Assembly (NCBI GenBank): GCA_019358935.1 | Contig: JAHHIK010000074.1 | Location: 1 to 41,008 of the forward strand | Length of the DNA: 41,008 bases | Source of the DNA: Tolypothrix carrinoi HA7290-LM1 | GTDB taxonomy: Bacteria; Cyanobacteriota; Cyanobacteriia; Cyanobacteriales; Nostocaceae | Reading direction: 5' to 3' | Shown: piece by piece, positions 31,268 to 40,195 of the stretch | How positions within the stretch are numbered: position 1 is the first letter of the stretch | Layout: every line of letters starts with the position of its first letter | Program-made: the position numbers and the translations under genes | Notes under the pieces: generated by a model | Told to the model about the DNA's origin: nothing | Seen by the model: only the letters and a program-made list of their open reading frames with translations | Databases searched by the model: none

Positions 31268-31864
31268 ATGAGTATCGCTCAGGCTAAACGCTTCACACTA
31301 GATGAATACCACAAACTCGCAGAATTAGGCTTTTTCCATGAAGAGGAGCGAATTGAATTAATCAATGGAGAAATTATTCAAATGGTAGCCAAAGGTAAAC
31401 CGCACGAAACTTGTTTGCGAAAATTGTGGAAAGAACTCCCAAAATTGGTAGGAGATAGAGCCACTCTACAATCTCAAGCCCCGATTATTATACCACCTCA
31501 GAGCGAACCAGAACCGGATTTTGCTCTTCTTAAAAATCGTGATGATGACTATCTTTCTGGTCATCCTCAACCTGCTGATGTCCTTCTGGTAATGGAAGTT
31601 TCAGATTCTTCTTTGGATTACGATCAAGATGTAAAAATACCTCTTTATGCTCAAGCTGGTATTTCTGATTATTGGATATTTAATTTATTTGATAATTATC
31701 TGGAATGTTACAGTGAACCGTATCAGAATCATCAAGGTAAGTATGGCTATTTGAATAAGCGGATTATCTTACCCAACCAAGTAATAGCGCTGCCTTGTTT
31801 TCCTGATTTATCTATTGATTTAGGCAAAGTATTCCCGCCAAAGGTGAGTTTTTCAGGTTTGTGA
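31268..31864 (+). CDS. Uma2 family (DUF820) PD-(D/E)XK endonuclease-like protein
   Basis: RIELING, EPEPD, EVSDSSL and KIPLYAQAGISDYWI motifs. Confidence 0.92.
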   Translation: MSIAQAKRFTLDEYHKLAELGFFHEEERIELINGEIIQMVAKGKPHETCLRKLWKELPKLVGDRATLQSQAPIIIPPQSEPEPDFALLKNRDDDYLSGHPQPADVLLVMEVSDSSLDYDQDVKIPLYAQAGISDYWIFNLFDNYLECYSEPYQNHQGKYGYLNKRIILPNQVIALPCFPDLSIDLGKVFPPKVSFSGL

Positions 31865-31930
31865 ATGTCAGGCGATCGCGAAGTGACTCCGTAGGAGTAT
31901 CGCTTTTACAATTATTCACAAATAAGGGTA

Positions 31931-31959
31931 TTGACAGATACTTGAGCCTGTGCAATTCT
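31931..31959 (+). promoter_or_regulatory. Putative sigma70-type promoter of the hairpin-NYN transcript
   Basis: Perfect TTGACA at 31931, then 17 bp to a weak AATTCT preceded by TG. Confidence 0.4.
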
Positions 31960-31984
31960 ATATCTAGACAGCATAATATCCGCA

Positions 31985-32279
31985 TTCTAAAGCGCAGATT
32001 TTTTTGTATTGTCTCAGCCGCAGGATTCCTAGTTTTCTGCCAAATTTCGGGTCATCCCGTTTGCTGAATATTCAGCCTGATGTCAGGTCAAGTCATTGAC
32101 ATTGATATTCAGTGGGAAGGCAAGATATTTTGATGAATGTTCAGGAAATGGGTTGACTCGGAGTTTGGCAGAAAGCCAGGATTCCTACGGCTGAGACTAG
32201 AATAAAAAATGTGCATGTAGAGAGTTTGGTGTCAGGTATTTACTCATAGAGTTATGAATACTTGCACAAAGCTCTGCTA
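31985..32279 (+). ncRNA. Putative structured RNA / 5' leader: long dsRNA hairpin plus second hairpin
   Basis: 32011-32074 pairs ungapped with 32134-32197 (53 WC, 6 G-U, 5 mismatches). A second stem lies at 32221-32275. Confidence 0.65.
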
Positions 32280-32340
32280 TGGCTAGATGCGTAATTTATT
32301 GATGCTGTCGAGTAAAAATCATAATTCTTTAGGTAAGAAT

Positions 32341-33090
32341 ATGCCTCGACAAACAAGCCCGCAAAAACCATCAATTTCGATTTATTGCGATTTTCAGAAT
32401 GTCTATTCAATTCAAAAGCTAGTGAGTTTATTGCTGGCTTTTGCTAAATCAAAAGGGCGTTTGATTAGCACCAAATTATATTACAATTCACTTTGTAAGA
32501 ACCAGGCTTCTGTAAAAGATAATCTTAATAATTTTGGGATTAGCTTGATTGATGTTCCCTGTCCTCTAAAGAACAGTGCTGACAATCAATTGATAGCTGA
32601 CTGTATTGAGGATATTAACAGTAATCAATCTCCAGACATATTTATTCTTGTATCAGGAGATGGGGACTTTGTAAATTTGGTTCGGATTCTGCAAAAGTTG
32701 GGTAAAAAGGTAATAATCTTTGCTCAACAAGGTAATGTAAAACAAAAGCTGAAAGAGCTTGCGGATGAATTTTACTTTGTAGACAAGTTACCTAATTTAG
32801 TTAAAGAAAATACTCAGCCTCAAACTACTTGTATTGAGTTTCAGATTCATTACAATGAAGCTATAAAGTACCTGATAAAAGCTGTAAAAACTGCGTTAAG
32901 TCAAGGCAAGCAGGCAGGATTTGCTTACATTGACAACTTGATGCGTCAGCTTTGTCCTCACTATCGGGGAGTTTCCTCTATACGTACACCTGATGGAAAG
33001 AAATTTTCACGCTTTATTAAGTTTGTTGATGCTGCTGTGAAAGAAGGGAAAGTGCGAATGCAAAATCAGGAGTTGCTTTTAATAGAGTAA
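32341..33090 (+). CDS. NYN (LabA/DUF88, PIN-like) RNase with C-terminal OST-HTH/LOTUS-like domain
   Basis: IYCDFQN, KNSADNQL, LVSGDGDF and LKELADEF, with acidic residues intact. An alternative start exists at 32287. Confidence 0.88.
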   Translation: MPRQTSPQKPSISIYCDFQNVYSIQKLVSLLLAFAKSKGRLISTKLYYNSLCKNQASVKDNLNNFGISLIDVPCPLKNSADNQLIADCIEDINSNQSPDIFILVSGDGDFVNLVRILQKLGKKVIIFAQQGNVKQKLKELADEFYFVDKLPNLVKENTQPQTTCIEFQIHYNEAIKYLIKAVKTALSQGKQAGFAYIDNLMRQLCPHYRGVSSIRTPDGKKFSRFIKFVDAAVKEGKVRMQNQELLLIE

Positions 33091-33141
33091 TATAAATTGG
33101 CAGCCTGAAGTTGTTTCCCGGAAATACACTATAGCTTTTAT

Positions 33142-33173
33142 AAACCCAGTTTATTTAAACAACTGGGTTTTTT
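33142..33173 (+). terminator. Intrinsic terminator-like hairpin between NYN and rnc
   Basis: AAACCCAGTT-9 nt-AACTGGGTTT followed by TTT. Confidence 0.65.
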
Positions 33174-33240
33174 CAAGTTCATCGGTATTTGCAATTTTAC
33201 AGCCTTCAATTTTGAACACAATAATACTTGGAAGATTTCC

Positions 33241-33966
33241 ATGCAATTAAGTTCCGCAAACGAAAACGAGATAAAAATGCACCAACTTCTGACATTTCGT
33301 GATGAAAAACTTTTACGCAAAGCGTTGACACACCGTTCTTATGTTCATGAAAACCCAGGAGAAGGGGAACATAACGAACGCTTAGAATTTCTCGGTGATG
33401 CTTTGCTAAACTTCTTAAGTGGCGAATATCTTTATCGGCATCACCCAGAAAGGGGAGAAGATGAATTAACTCGTCGTCGTTCAGCATTAGTAGATGAAAA
33501 GCAATTAGCAAAGTTCGCTATCGAAGTAGGTTTAGACTTCAGGATGCGGTTGGGAAAAGGTGCAATTCGAGATGGAGGCTTTCAAAATCAGAATTTGCTT
33601 AGTAGTACTTTTGAAGCAGTTATTGCTGCGTATTATTTAGATAATAATTCAGATATTGAAGCAGTTCGCGCTATTGTTGAGCCGTTATTTGATTCTGTAC
33701 CTGAAAATATTGTAGTATCTCGCTCAAATGTAGACTCAAAAAATCGTCTTCAGGAATGGGTACAACGCAATGTGACTTCAAATCCCCCTAAATATGAGGC
33801 AGTTCAAATAGGTGGTTTGTCTCACGCACCAGAGTATCTCGCCAAAGTGTTTGTGAATGAAAAAGAGTTTGGACAAGGTAAAGGACGCAATAAAAAAGAT
33901 GCTGAAAAAGCTGCTGCTGAAGATGCGCTAGCTAAGTTGAAAAAACAAGGTTTGTTGTTAAGTTGA
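33241..33966 (+). CDS. rnc: Ribonuclease III (paralog) with dsRBD
   Basis: ALTHRS, NERLEFLGDA signature, and dsRBD SKNRLQE...GKGRNKKDAEKAAA. The start may be 33277. Confidence 0.93.
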   Translation: MQLSSANENEIKMHQLLTFRDEKLLRKALTHRSYVHENPGEGEHNERLEFLGDALLNFLSGEYLYRHHPERGEDELTRRRSALVDEKQLAKFAIEVGLDFRMRLGKGAIRDGGFQNQNLLSSTFEAVIAAYYLDNNSDIEAVRAIVEPLFDSVPENIVVSRSNVDSKNRLQEWVQRNVTSNPPKYEAVQIGGLSHAPEYLAKVFVNEKEFGQGKGRNKKDAEKAAAEDALAKLKKQGLLLS

Positions 33967-33967
33967 A

Positions 33968-35158
33968 TTATGATTTGACTTGCAAAGGCAAAATAACAGT
34001 AAAAGTAGAACCAACTCCTACTTGTGAATGTAGCTTAATTTCGCCTTGCAATAGTTTCACCAGTCGCGAAACGATCGCTAACCCCAAACCAGTGCTTTCA
34101 GGAAGGTAAGATTTATCGCTCAAAGCTACGCGAAAATAAGACTCAAATATCTGGGTTTGGTCTTCTTCAAGAATACCAATTCCGGTATCTGTGATTGCGA
34201 TCGCCCATTTATCATTCTCCCACATTTGACAGGTTATCTTAATCTTGCCTGTCTCTGTGTAGCGAATCGCATTACTTACCAGATTTGTGACAATTTGCTG
34301 TAATCGTAACGAATCTGTTACAACTTCATGAGGAGCGCGATCGCAATCTACCTCCATGTGTAAATTTTTATTACGCGCTAAAGGCTCTAACATTTCACAT
34401 ACATCGTTAATTAATTTATCGACATTGATAGATGCTGGGTGCAATTTCATTTGTCCAGCTTCATAACGAGAAAGTTCTAGTGCATCATTAATTAAGTGTA
34501 GTAATTTTCTCCCACTAGTTAACACACGTTCAATGTGATCTAAATTATTAACATTATCTTTTACCTCTGTCTTTTGTCGTTGTAAACGCAAAAACAAATC
34601 CGAGTAGCCTATAATTGAAGTCAGAGGAGTTTTTAATTCATGCGCTAAATGTGACAAATTGTCTTGATTTGCGCGAACTAAGCGACTCAGTTCTTGATTG
34701 TTGAGAGTTAACTGATTTTGCAGTTGCTCTAGTTCTGATAATCGCTGTTCGGTATAGCTTTGAAAACAGCGACCGATCGCTTCATCTAATACTATATTAA
34801 TTAACCGCACTGTCCGCATTACTTCTGATGTTGATGCTTGCAGTAATTGTGGCTCTAAAATCGAAAATATTACCTGACGCAGTATCCTATATTCTCGTGC
34901 AATTTCCGCAGCACTAAAGCCTTGTTCTGCTCTCAGACTACCATGATGCAAACTCGCATCAACTATTGGCTGAATTTCACTATTTTGAGATTCCGAAAGT
35001 ACAGTTGCTAACGCCGAGAGGACATGACCGATATGATTTTCTATCCCTTTTCGAGATAAGTCGTTAGCACTTTCAATCTTGTTGTCTTGGCGAACGGCTT
35101 CCACCCAGTTTACTATAATCGTGTCTGTTTTTTCAAGCAAAAATTCACTCAAATCCAT
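33968..35158 (-). CDS. Cytoplasmic histidine kinase with RsbRD_N-like globin-fold N-terminus
   Basis: HGSLRAEQGF...EY motif, LAHELKTPL, NLVSNAIRYT and TGLGLAIV. Confidence 0.9.
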   Translation of the reverse strand: MDLSEFLLEKTDTIIVNWVEAVRQDNKIESANDLSRKGIENHIGHVLSALATVLSESQNSEIQPIVDASLHHGSLRAEQGFSAAEIAREYRILRQVIFSILEPQLLQASTSEVMRTVRLINIVLDEAIGRCFQSYTEQRLSELEQLQNQLTLNNQELSRLVRANQDNLSHLAHELKTPLTSIIGYSDLFLRLQRQKTEVKDNVNNLDHIERVLTSGRKLLHLINDALELSRYEAGQMKLHPASINVDKLINDVCEMLEPLARNKNLHMEVDCDRAPHEVVTDSLRLQQIVTNLVSNAIRYTETGKIKITCQMWENDKWAIAITDTGIGILEEDQTQIFESYFRVALSDKSYLPESTGLGLAIVSRLVKLLQGEIKLHSQVGVGSTFTVILPLQVKS

Positions 35159-35399
35159 TATGGTAGCTTCGGCAAAGAATAAATGAATAAGCTGATAAAT
35201 ACTTATATATAATTATTTTAGCGATCGCCCTCTTGACTTTTTAGCATTTTTTGGATAATTCATCTGTCCCAAGACATAATATTCTCATTTATCTTGTTTA
35301 TTTTATATCGGAATTAGAGAAAATATTTCATTAAAAAATCTTAATATAAATATATTTACCAACTAACCATGTTAAACTCTCTATTAAACTTGAGTAAGT

Positions 35400-35635
35400 C
35401 AGCTTAATCTAGCAAATTTCATTACCATTACAGTTTAGGTGTGAGATGCTAGAGCGGAGGAACCACATTTTGGGGCGTATTTTATAGAAAGTTAAGAGTG
35501 AGGAGTGAAGAGTGAGGAGTTTTGAACTCAGAACTCATAACTATAACTCATAACTCATAACTCATAACTCATAACTTTCTTAAGAAGGGCATTTCTCAGC
35601 CCTAGCCCGTCAGCTAACTTCGTAGGCATTGAGAA
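35400..35635 (+). ncRNA. c-di-AMP (ydaO-yuaA) riboswitch with STRR expansion
   Basis: GCTTAATCTAGC..GCTAGAGCGGAGGAACCA..TGGGG and CCCGTCAGCTAACTTCGTAGGC cores; TTCTCA/TGAGAA pseudoknot. Confidence 0.88.
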
Positions 35636-35744
35636 GAGACTGAAGAGGCAATCAACATTATGTATAATGTTATGACCTCATCAGTATCCAAGGCTGGTGC
35701 TGCTCAGATTTTTTGTACCTGTACTTAAATCTGTTGAGGTTGGA

Positions 35745-36596
35745 ATGATATTTCAATTAAATTTGGCTGCTATTGTAGCAGTTGCAGGACAGGCTGTTTG
35801 GAAACAGGCAAAACCTGTGATTCTCAAAGATGTAATTCTATTACCTATCCTTGGGTTTTTGGGGATAATCTTATTGTGGTGGGTTATCGCCCTTGCCAAC
35901 CATGAATTGATGCCCACCCCCCCAGAGGCATTAGCAGCGAATATGGACTATATTTTAAATCCTTTTTACCAACGCGGACCGGGCAACTTAGGAATAGGTT
36001 GGTTATTGCTAGCAAGTCTGCGTCGGGTAATACTTGGCTTTTTATTAGGTGCGGTAGTGGCAATTCCTCTGGGTTTTCTGATTGGCATGTCCAAATCGGC
36101 AATGTTAGCTTTTAATCCGATAATTCAGATTTTTAAACCCGTATCGCCTCTAGCTTGGTTGCCTATAGCCTTAGCCATATTCAACTTAGCAGATCCGTCA
36201 GCTATTTTTGTTATTTTCATAACTTCATTATGGCCCACAATTATTAACACCGCTTTAGGAGTTTCTAGCGTTTCTCAAGATTATTTAGACGTAGCGCGGG
36301 TGTTAGAAATGCCTCGTTGGAGACGGATTACAAAAATTATCTTGCCCGCCAGTTTGCCGTATATTTTTACAGGTTTGCGAATTAGTTTAGGGATTGCTTG
36401 GCTAGTAATTGTTGCTGTAGAAATGCTCACAGGTGGTATTGGTATCGGCTTTTTTGTCTGGGATGAATGGAGCCGTTTAAATTTGAGTTCAGTATTTTTA
36501 GCCGTGTTCGTAATTGGCATAACTGGGCTACTACTTGACTTCGCCGTGGGCAAAATTCAACAATTAGTAACTCGCCGCCCAACAACTTCAAATTAG
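35745..36596 (+). CDS. NrtB/CmpB-like ABC permease
   Basis: SLRRV, KPVSPLAWLP, WPTIINTA and GLRISLGIAW motifs. Confidence 0.92.
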   Translation: MIFQLNLAAIVAVAGQAVWKQAKPVILKDVILLPILGFLGIILLWWVIALANHELMPTPPEALAANMDYILNPFYQRGPGNLGIGWLLLASLRRVILGFLLGAVVAIPLGFLIGMSKSAMLAFNPIIQIFKPVSPLAWLPIALAIFNLADPSAIFVIFITSLWPTIINTALGVSSVSQDYLDVARVLEMPRWRRITKIILPASLPYIFTGLRISLGIAWLVIVAVEMLTGGIGIGFFVWDEWSRLNLSSVFLAVFVIGITGLLLDFAVGKIQQLVTRRPTTSN

Positions 36597-36600
36597 AAAA

Positions 36601-36766
36601 TGGGTAATGGGTAATAGGTAATGGGGAATGGGTAATGGGGAATTTTTGCACTCATTAATTACCAATGCCCAATTACCAATGCCCTATGCCCAATGACGGC
36701 AGGTGCTTCAAGTCGGCAGAGCCGCCCAACGCACTGCCTCCCCTATGCCCAATGCCCAATTACCAA
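36601..36766. repeat. STRR hairpin (TGGGTAA/TTACCAA) with embedded 47-nt element (36695-36741)
   Basis: Intercistronic heptamer arrays with complementary arms. Confidence 0.88.
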
Positions 36767-36785
36767 TCATCGGTGAAAATGACGT

Positions 36786-38222
36786 ATGAGTAACACCGAC
36801 AATAACAACTTGACTCGACGAGACTTTATATTAGGAATGGGAGCAACGACAGCGGGACTGGTGCTGTCATCGTGTGCAATTTCAGGCGATCGCTCTGCCA
36901 AAGGATTGACTGAAGAAGCTTTAGCTATTAAACCAATAGTTAGATCCCAAGACTTAGAAAAACCGGATATCACGGTTGGTTATGTTCCCGTTAATGATTG
37001 TGCGCCATTTGCGATCGCCTGGAAAAAAGGCTTCTTCCGCAAGTATGGCTTGAACGTCAAACTCAACCGCGAAGCTAGTTGGGCAACCTCCCGCGACGGT
37101 CTAATTTTTGGTCGCCTTGATGCCTCACCCGTAGTATCCGGTGCCGTCACCAACGCCAGAATCGGTGCAGAAGGCGCACGCCACGCCCCTCTGTGTGCGG
37201 CAATGACCATTCATCACCACGGCAACGCCATGACCATGAACAAAGCCATGTGGGATTTTGGGCTGCGTCCGTGGTACGAGTACAACGGCGATTTAGAAGC
37301 ATTTGGCAAACAGTTTCGGGCATACTTTGACAGCCAACCGCCAGAAGGCAAAGTTTGGGCAGTAGTTCTGAGTTCCTCTATTTACGAATATTTTGTGCGT
37401 TACGTATCCGCTGCCGCAGGTGTCGATCCGCTCAAGGAGTTTCGCGTCATCATTGTTCCACCTCCGCAGATGGTGACAAATGTGCGAATTGGCGCAATGC
37501 AAGCTTACATGGTTGCGGAACCTTGGAATACACGAGCAATTACTGGTAACGAAGGTGTCGGCTTTACCTTTGCTCAAGGCAAAGAAGTTTGGCTGGGACA
37601 CCCAGATCGACTGTTGGGGGTGATGCAATCTTTCATCGACAAATACCCAAAAACCTATCGTTCTCTGGTGAAAGCGATGATTGAAGCTTGCCAATATTGC
37701 AGCAAACCGGAAAACCGCCAAGAAGTTGCCGAACTGATTACAGATCGCTCGTTTACAGGTGCAAAACCGAAAAAGAAAGGTGCGGCGATCGCTAAATTTA
37801 CAGGTCCGGCAATTCTCGGCAACTATAACTATGGCGGATTTGATGGCAAAGACCGTACCATCAAAGCTGCCGACACCACCATTTTTTATGATATTCCAGA
37901 CAACCTTCCCAAACAGCCTGGAGAACACTCGACATTCTTATGGCGATCCAGAAGTGTTTGGTTAATGACACAAGCAGCACGTTGGGGACAAATTAAGGAA
38001 TTTCCCAAAAATGCTGATAAACTGGCTCAACAAGGCTGGAGAGCTGATTTATATCGGGAAATAGCCGCAGAAATGGGTATCGATAGTCCCAAGGATGATT
38101 ACAAAGTGGAACCTCCATCCGTATTCATCGACAAAAAAGGCTTTGACCCTAGCGATCCTGTGGGCTATCTCAATAGTTTTGAGATTAGGGCAAATGCACC
38201 TACCCGTTTTTATATGAGTTAA
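36786..38222 (+). CDS. NrtA/CmpA-family substrate-binding lipoprotein
   Basis: Tat motif TRRDFI, lipobox LSSC, GYVPVNDCAP, VPPPQMV and AEPW. Confidence 0.92.
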   Translation: MSNTDNNNLTRRDFILGMGATTAGLVLSSCAISGDRSAKGLTEEALAIKPIVRSQDLEKPDITVGYVPVNDCAPFAIAWKKGFFRKYGLNVKLNREASWATSRDGLIFGRLDASPVVSGAVTNARIGAEGARHAPLCAAMTIHHHGNAMTMNKAMWDFGLRPWYEYNGDLEAFGKQFRAYFDSQPPEGKVWAVVLSSSIYEYFVRYVSAAAGVDPLKEFRVIIVPPPQMVTNVRIGAMQAYMVAEPWNTRAITGNEGVGFTFAQGKEVWLGHPDRLLGVMQSFIDKYPKTYRSLVKAMIEACQYCSKPENRQEVAELITDRSFTGAKPKKKGAAIAKFTGPAILGNYNYGGFDGKDRTIKAADTTIFYDIPDNLPKQPGEHSTFLWRSRSVWLMTQAARWGQIKEFPKNADKLAQQGWRADLYREIAAEMGIDSPKDDYKVEPPSVFIDKKGFDPSDPVGYLNSFEIRANAPTRFYMS

Positions 38223-38263
38223 AAAATCACTCTTCATCAGAATTATTTCAGGAGTTTCTCAAG

Positions 38264-39100
38264 ATGAAATCTACCTCTTTTTCTGAGGATAACTACAATA
38301 TCGCCACGCCTGACACTGGATTTTTAGAAATTGAAAATTTAGTCAAAGCTTATCCCACACCAGAAGGTAAAAAATTTGTCGTTCTAGATAATGTGAATCT
38401 CAGTATTGGCGAAAACGAATATGTTTCTATAATTGGTCACTCTGGTTGTGGTAAATCAACACTAATAAAAATAGTAGCTGGTTTAGAAAAAGCAACTTCC
38501 GGCTCAGTCCGGCTTGATGGTAAACAAATTAACAAGCCGGGAGCGGAAAGAATGATGGTGTTTCAAAACTACTCGTTACTACCTTGGTTAACGGTGCGAG
38601 AAAACATCCGTTTAGCTGTGGATGAAGTGTTAAAAAATGCATCTCGTCCTGAGAAAATTAGCATTGTTAACGAGCATCTGGCAATGGTAAATTTAACAGC
38701 AGCGGCTGACAAATATCCTGATGAAATTTCTGGAGGTATGAAACAGCGTGTTGGTATTGCCAGAGCGATCGCCATTCGTCCGAAAATGTTGCTTATGGAT
38801 GAACCTTTTGGAGCGTTAGATGCTTTAACTCGTGGAAAATTGCAGCGTCAGGTATTAGATATCTGGGAAAACCACAGACAAGCGGTAATGATGATTACTC
38901 ATGATGTAGATGAAGCGATTTATATGAGCGATCGCATTGTCTTAATGACCAACGGTCCTGCGGCTAATATCGGGGAAATATTAAAAGTTCCTTTTGAACA
39001 TCCACGCGATCGTGCAGCCATGCGAAACTCAAAAGAATACTTTGAACTTCGCAACCACGCACTAAACTTCTTAGATCGCTATTTTACTCAAGACGAGTAA
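38264..39100 (+). CDS. NrtD/CmpD-like ABC ATPase
   Basis: GHSGCGKS, ISGGMKQR, MDEPFGALD and ITHD motifs. Confidence 0.94.
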   Translation: MKSTSFSEDNYNIATPDTGFLEIENLVKAYPTPEGKKFVVLDNVNLSIGENEYVSIIGHSGCGKSTLIKIVAGLEKATSGSVRLDGKQINKPGAERMMVFQNYSLLPWLTVRENIRLAVDEVLKNASRPEKISIVNEHLAMVNLTAAADKYPDEISGGMKQRVGIARAIAIRPKMLLMDEPFGALDALTRGKLQRQVLDIWENHRQAVMMITHDVDEAIYMSDRIVLMTNGPAANIGEILKVPFEHPRDRAAMRNSKEYFELRNHALNFLDRYFTQDE

Positions 39101-39126
39101 AATACACTATCATTTATCGTAGTGGG

Positions 39127-39309
39127 TAGCCTAATTCAAATTCACCAAACCTAGATTTGAAGCGGAGGAACCATCTTGTGGGGCGTATCTCATATCAAGT
39201 GAAGAGTTATGAGTTAAGAGTGAGTAATTTTTACTATTTAATTCGTAATTCTTAGAGAAAGACACCTTCCAGTCTTAGCCCGTCAGCTAACTCCGTCGGC
39301 AATGGAAGG
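39127..39309 (+). ncRNA. Second c-di-AMP (ydaO-yuaA) riboswitch
   Basis: GCCTAATTCAAAT..ATTTGAAGCGGAGGAACCA..TGGGG and CCCGTCAGCTAACTCCGTCGGC cores; CCTTCCA/TGGAAGG pseudoknot. Confidence 0.88.
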
Positions 39310-39492
39310 AACCCCCAAAACTTTGGCTTTTATAGCAGTTGTTATTGGGGTTTCCTTAAACATAAAGATGAATAACAAAGGATGAAAGATATAAAAATCT
39401 ACCTCTTAAGTTGTAGTTCATCCTTTACACTTCAGCCTTTAGTTACCCTGCTTCTCGTTCATCGTTCATTTTAGTAGAGAGAAGTTAAAACT

Positions 39493-40149
39493 GTGAAAAT
39501 CAAGCCAATGTTAGTTCGTTTGCAAAGCGCAATAGGTCGTGATGACTTAATTGAGCAAATGGTATTGCTATCACCAAAAACATCTTGTACTGAAAAAGCT
39601 CAACCAGCAAAATCAATTAACTTAATCGTTGGCTACAACAGTTCTCCCAACAGCCATACCGCGCTAGATATTGCTTTTTGGATTGCCCATCAAACACGTT
39701 TAGCCACTAACGTACAAGTTATAGTTCAAGCTGTTTATGTAGTAGAAGAAAATCAAAAAAATCAGTATTTAGATGTCTTTCATTCCGAAATAGACGAGCC
39801 TTCTTTGGCATGTCCGGTTAACTATGCATCCAAGTCTACTACATCCGTCTTATCTGAACCTCAACTCACATCAAACGCACTTTCTTTAGAAACGAAATTG
39901 ACAGACAACCTCACACAAGCAGACCGAATTCTTTGGCAAGCACGCAGTTTGGCTGAAGAATGGCAGGGTTCTTTCAAAGCTCATTTGCGGTTTGGTTGCG
40001 TTGCTGAAGAACTTCAAAAAGTAGTTAAATTAGAAGCTGCTGATATCCTGTTTCTGGGTTGTAAGTCTATAAATCATCCGATTATCCAGACACTAGATTC
40101 TGATTTTCCCTGCGTTGTTCTGGGTATTCCCAATTCTATAAACATTTAA
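39493..40149 (+). CDS. Universal stress protein-like
   Basis: LIVGYNSSPNSHTALDIA ... G.VAEEL...ADILFLG ... PCVVL (UspA fold). Confidence 0.82.
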   Translation: MKIKPMLVRLQSAIGRDDLIEQMVLLSPKTSCTEKAQPAKSINLIVGYNSSPNSHTALDIAFWIAHQTRLATNVQVIVQAVYVVEENQKNQYLDVFHSEIDEPSLACPVNYASKSTTSVLSEPQLTSNALSLETKLTDNLTQADRILWQARSLAEEWQGSFKAHLRFGCVAEELQKVVKLEAADILFLGCKSINHPIIQTLDSDFPCVVLGIPNSINI

Positions 40150-40168
40150 TTCAAATGTTCGATTAACA

Positions 40169-40195
40169 GTAGAGACGTTCCGTTGGAACGTCTCT
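40169..40195. repeat. GTAGAGAC REP palindrome
   Basis: GTAGAGACGTTCCGTTGGAACGTCTCT. Confidence 0.7.

Noticed and set aside
37293..37928. 211-aa antisense ORF
   Set aside because: It is a shadow of the substrate-binding protein gene with no recognisable motifs.
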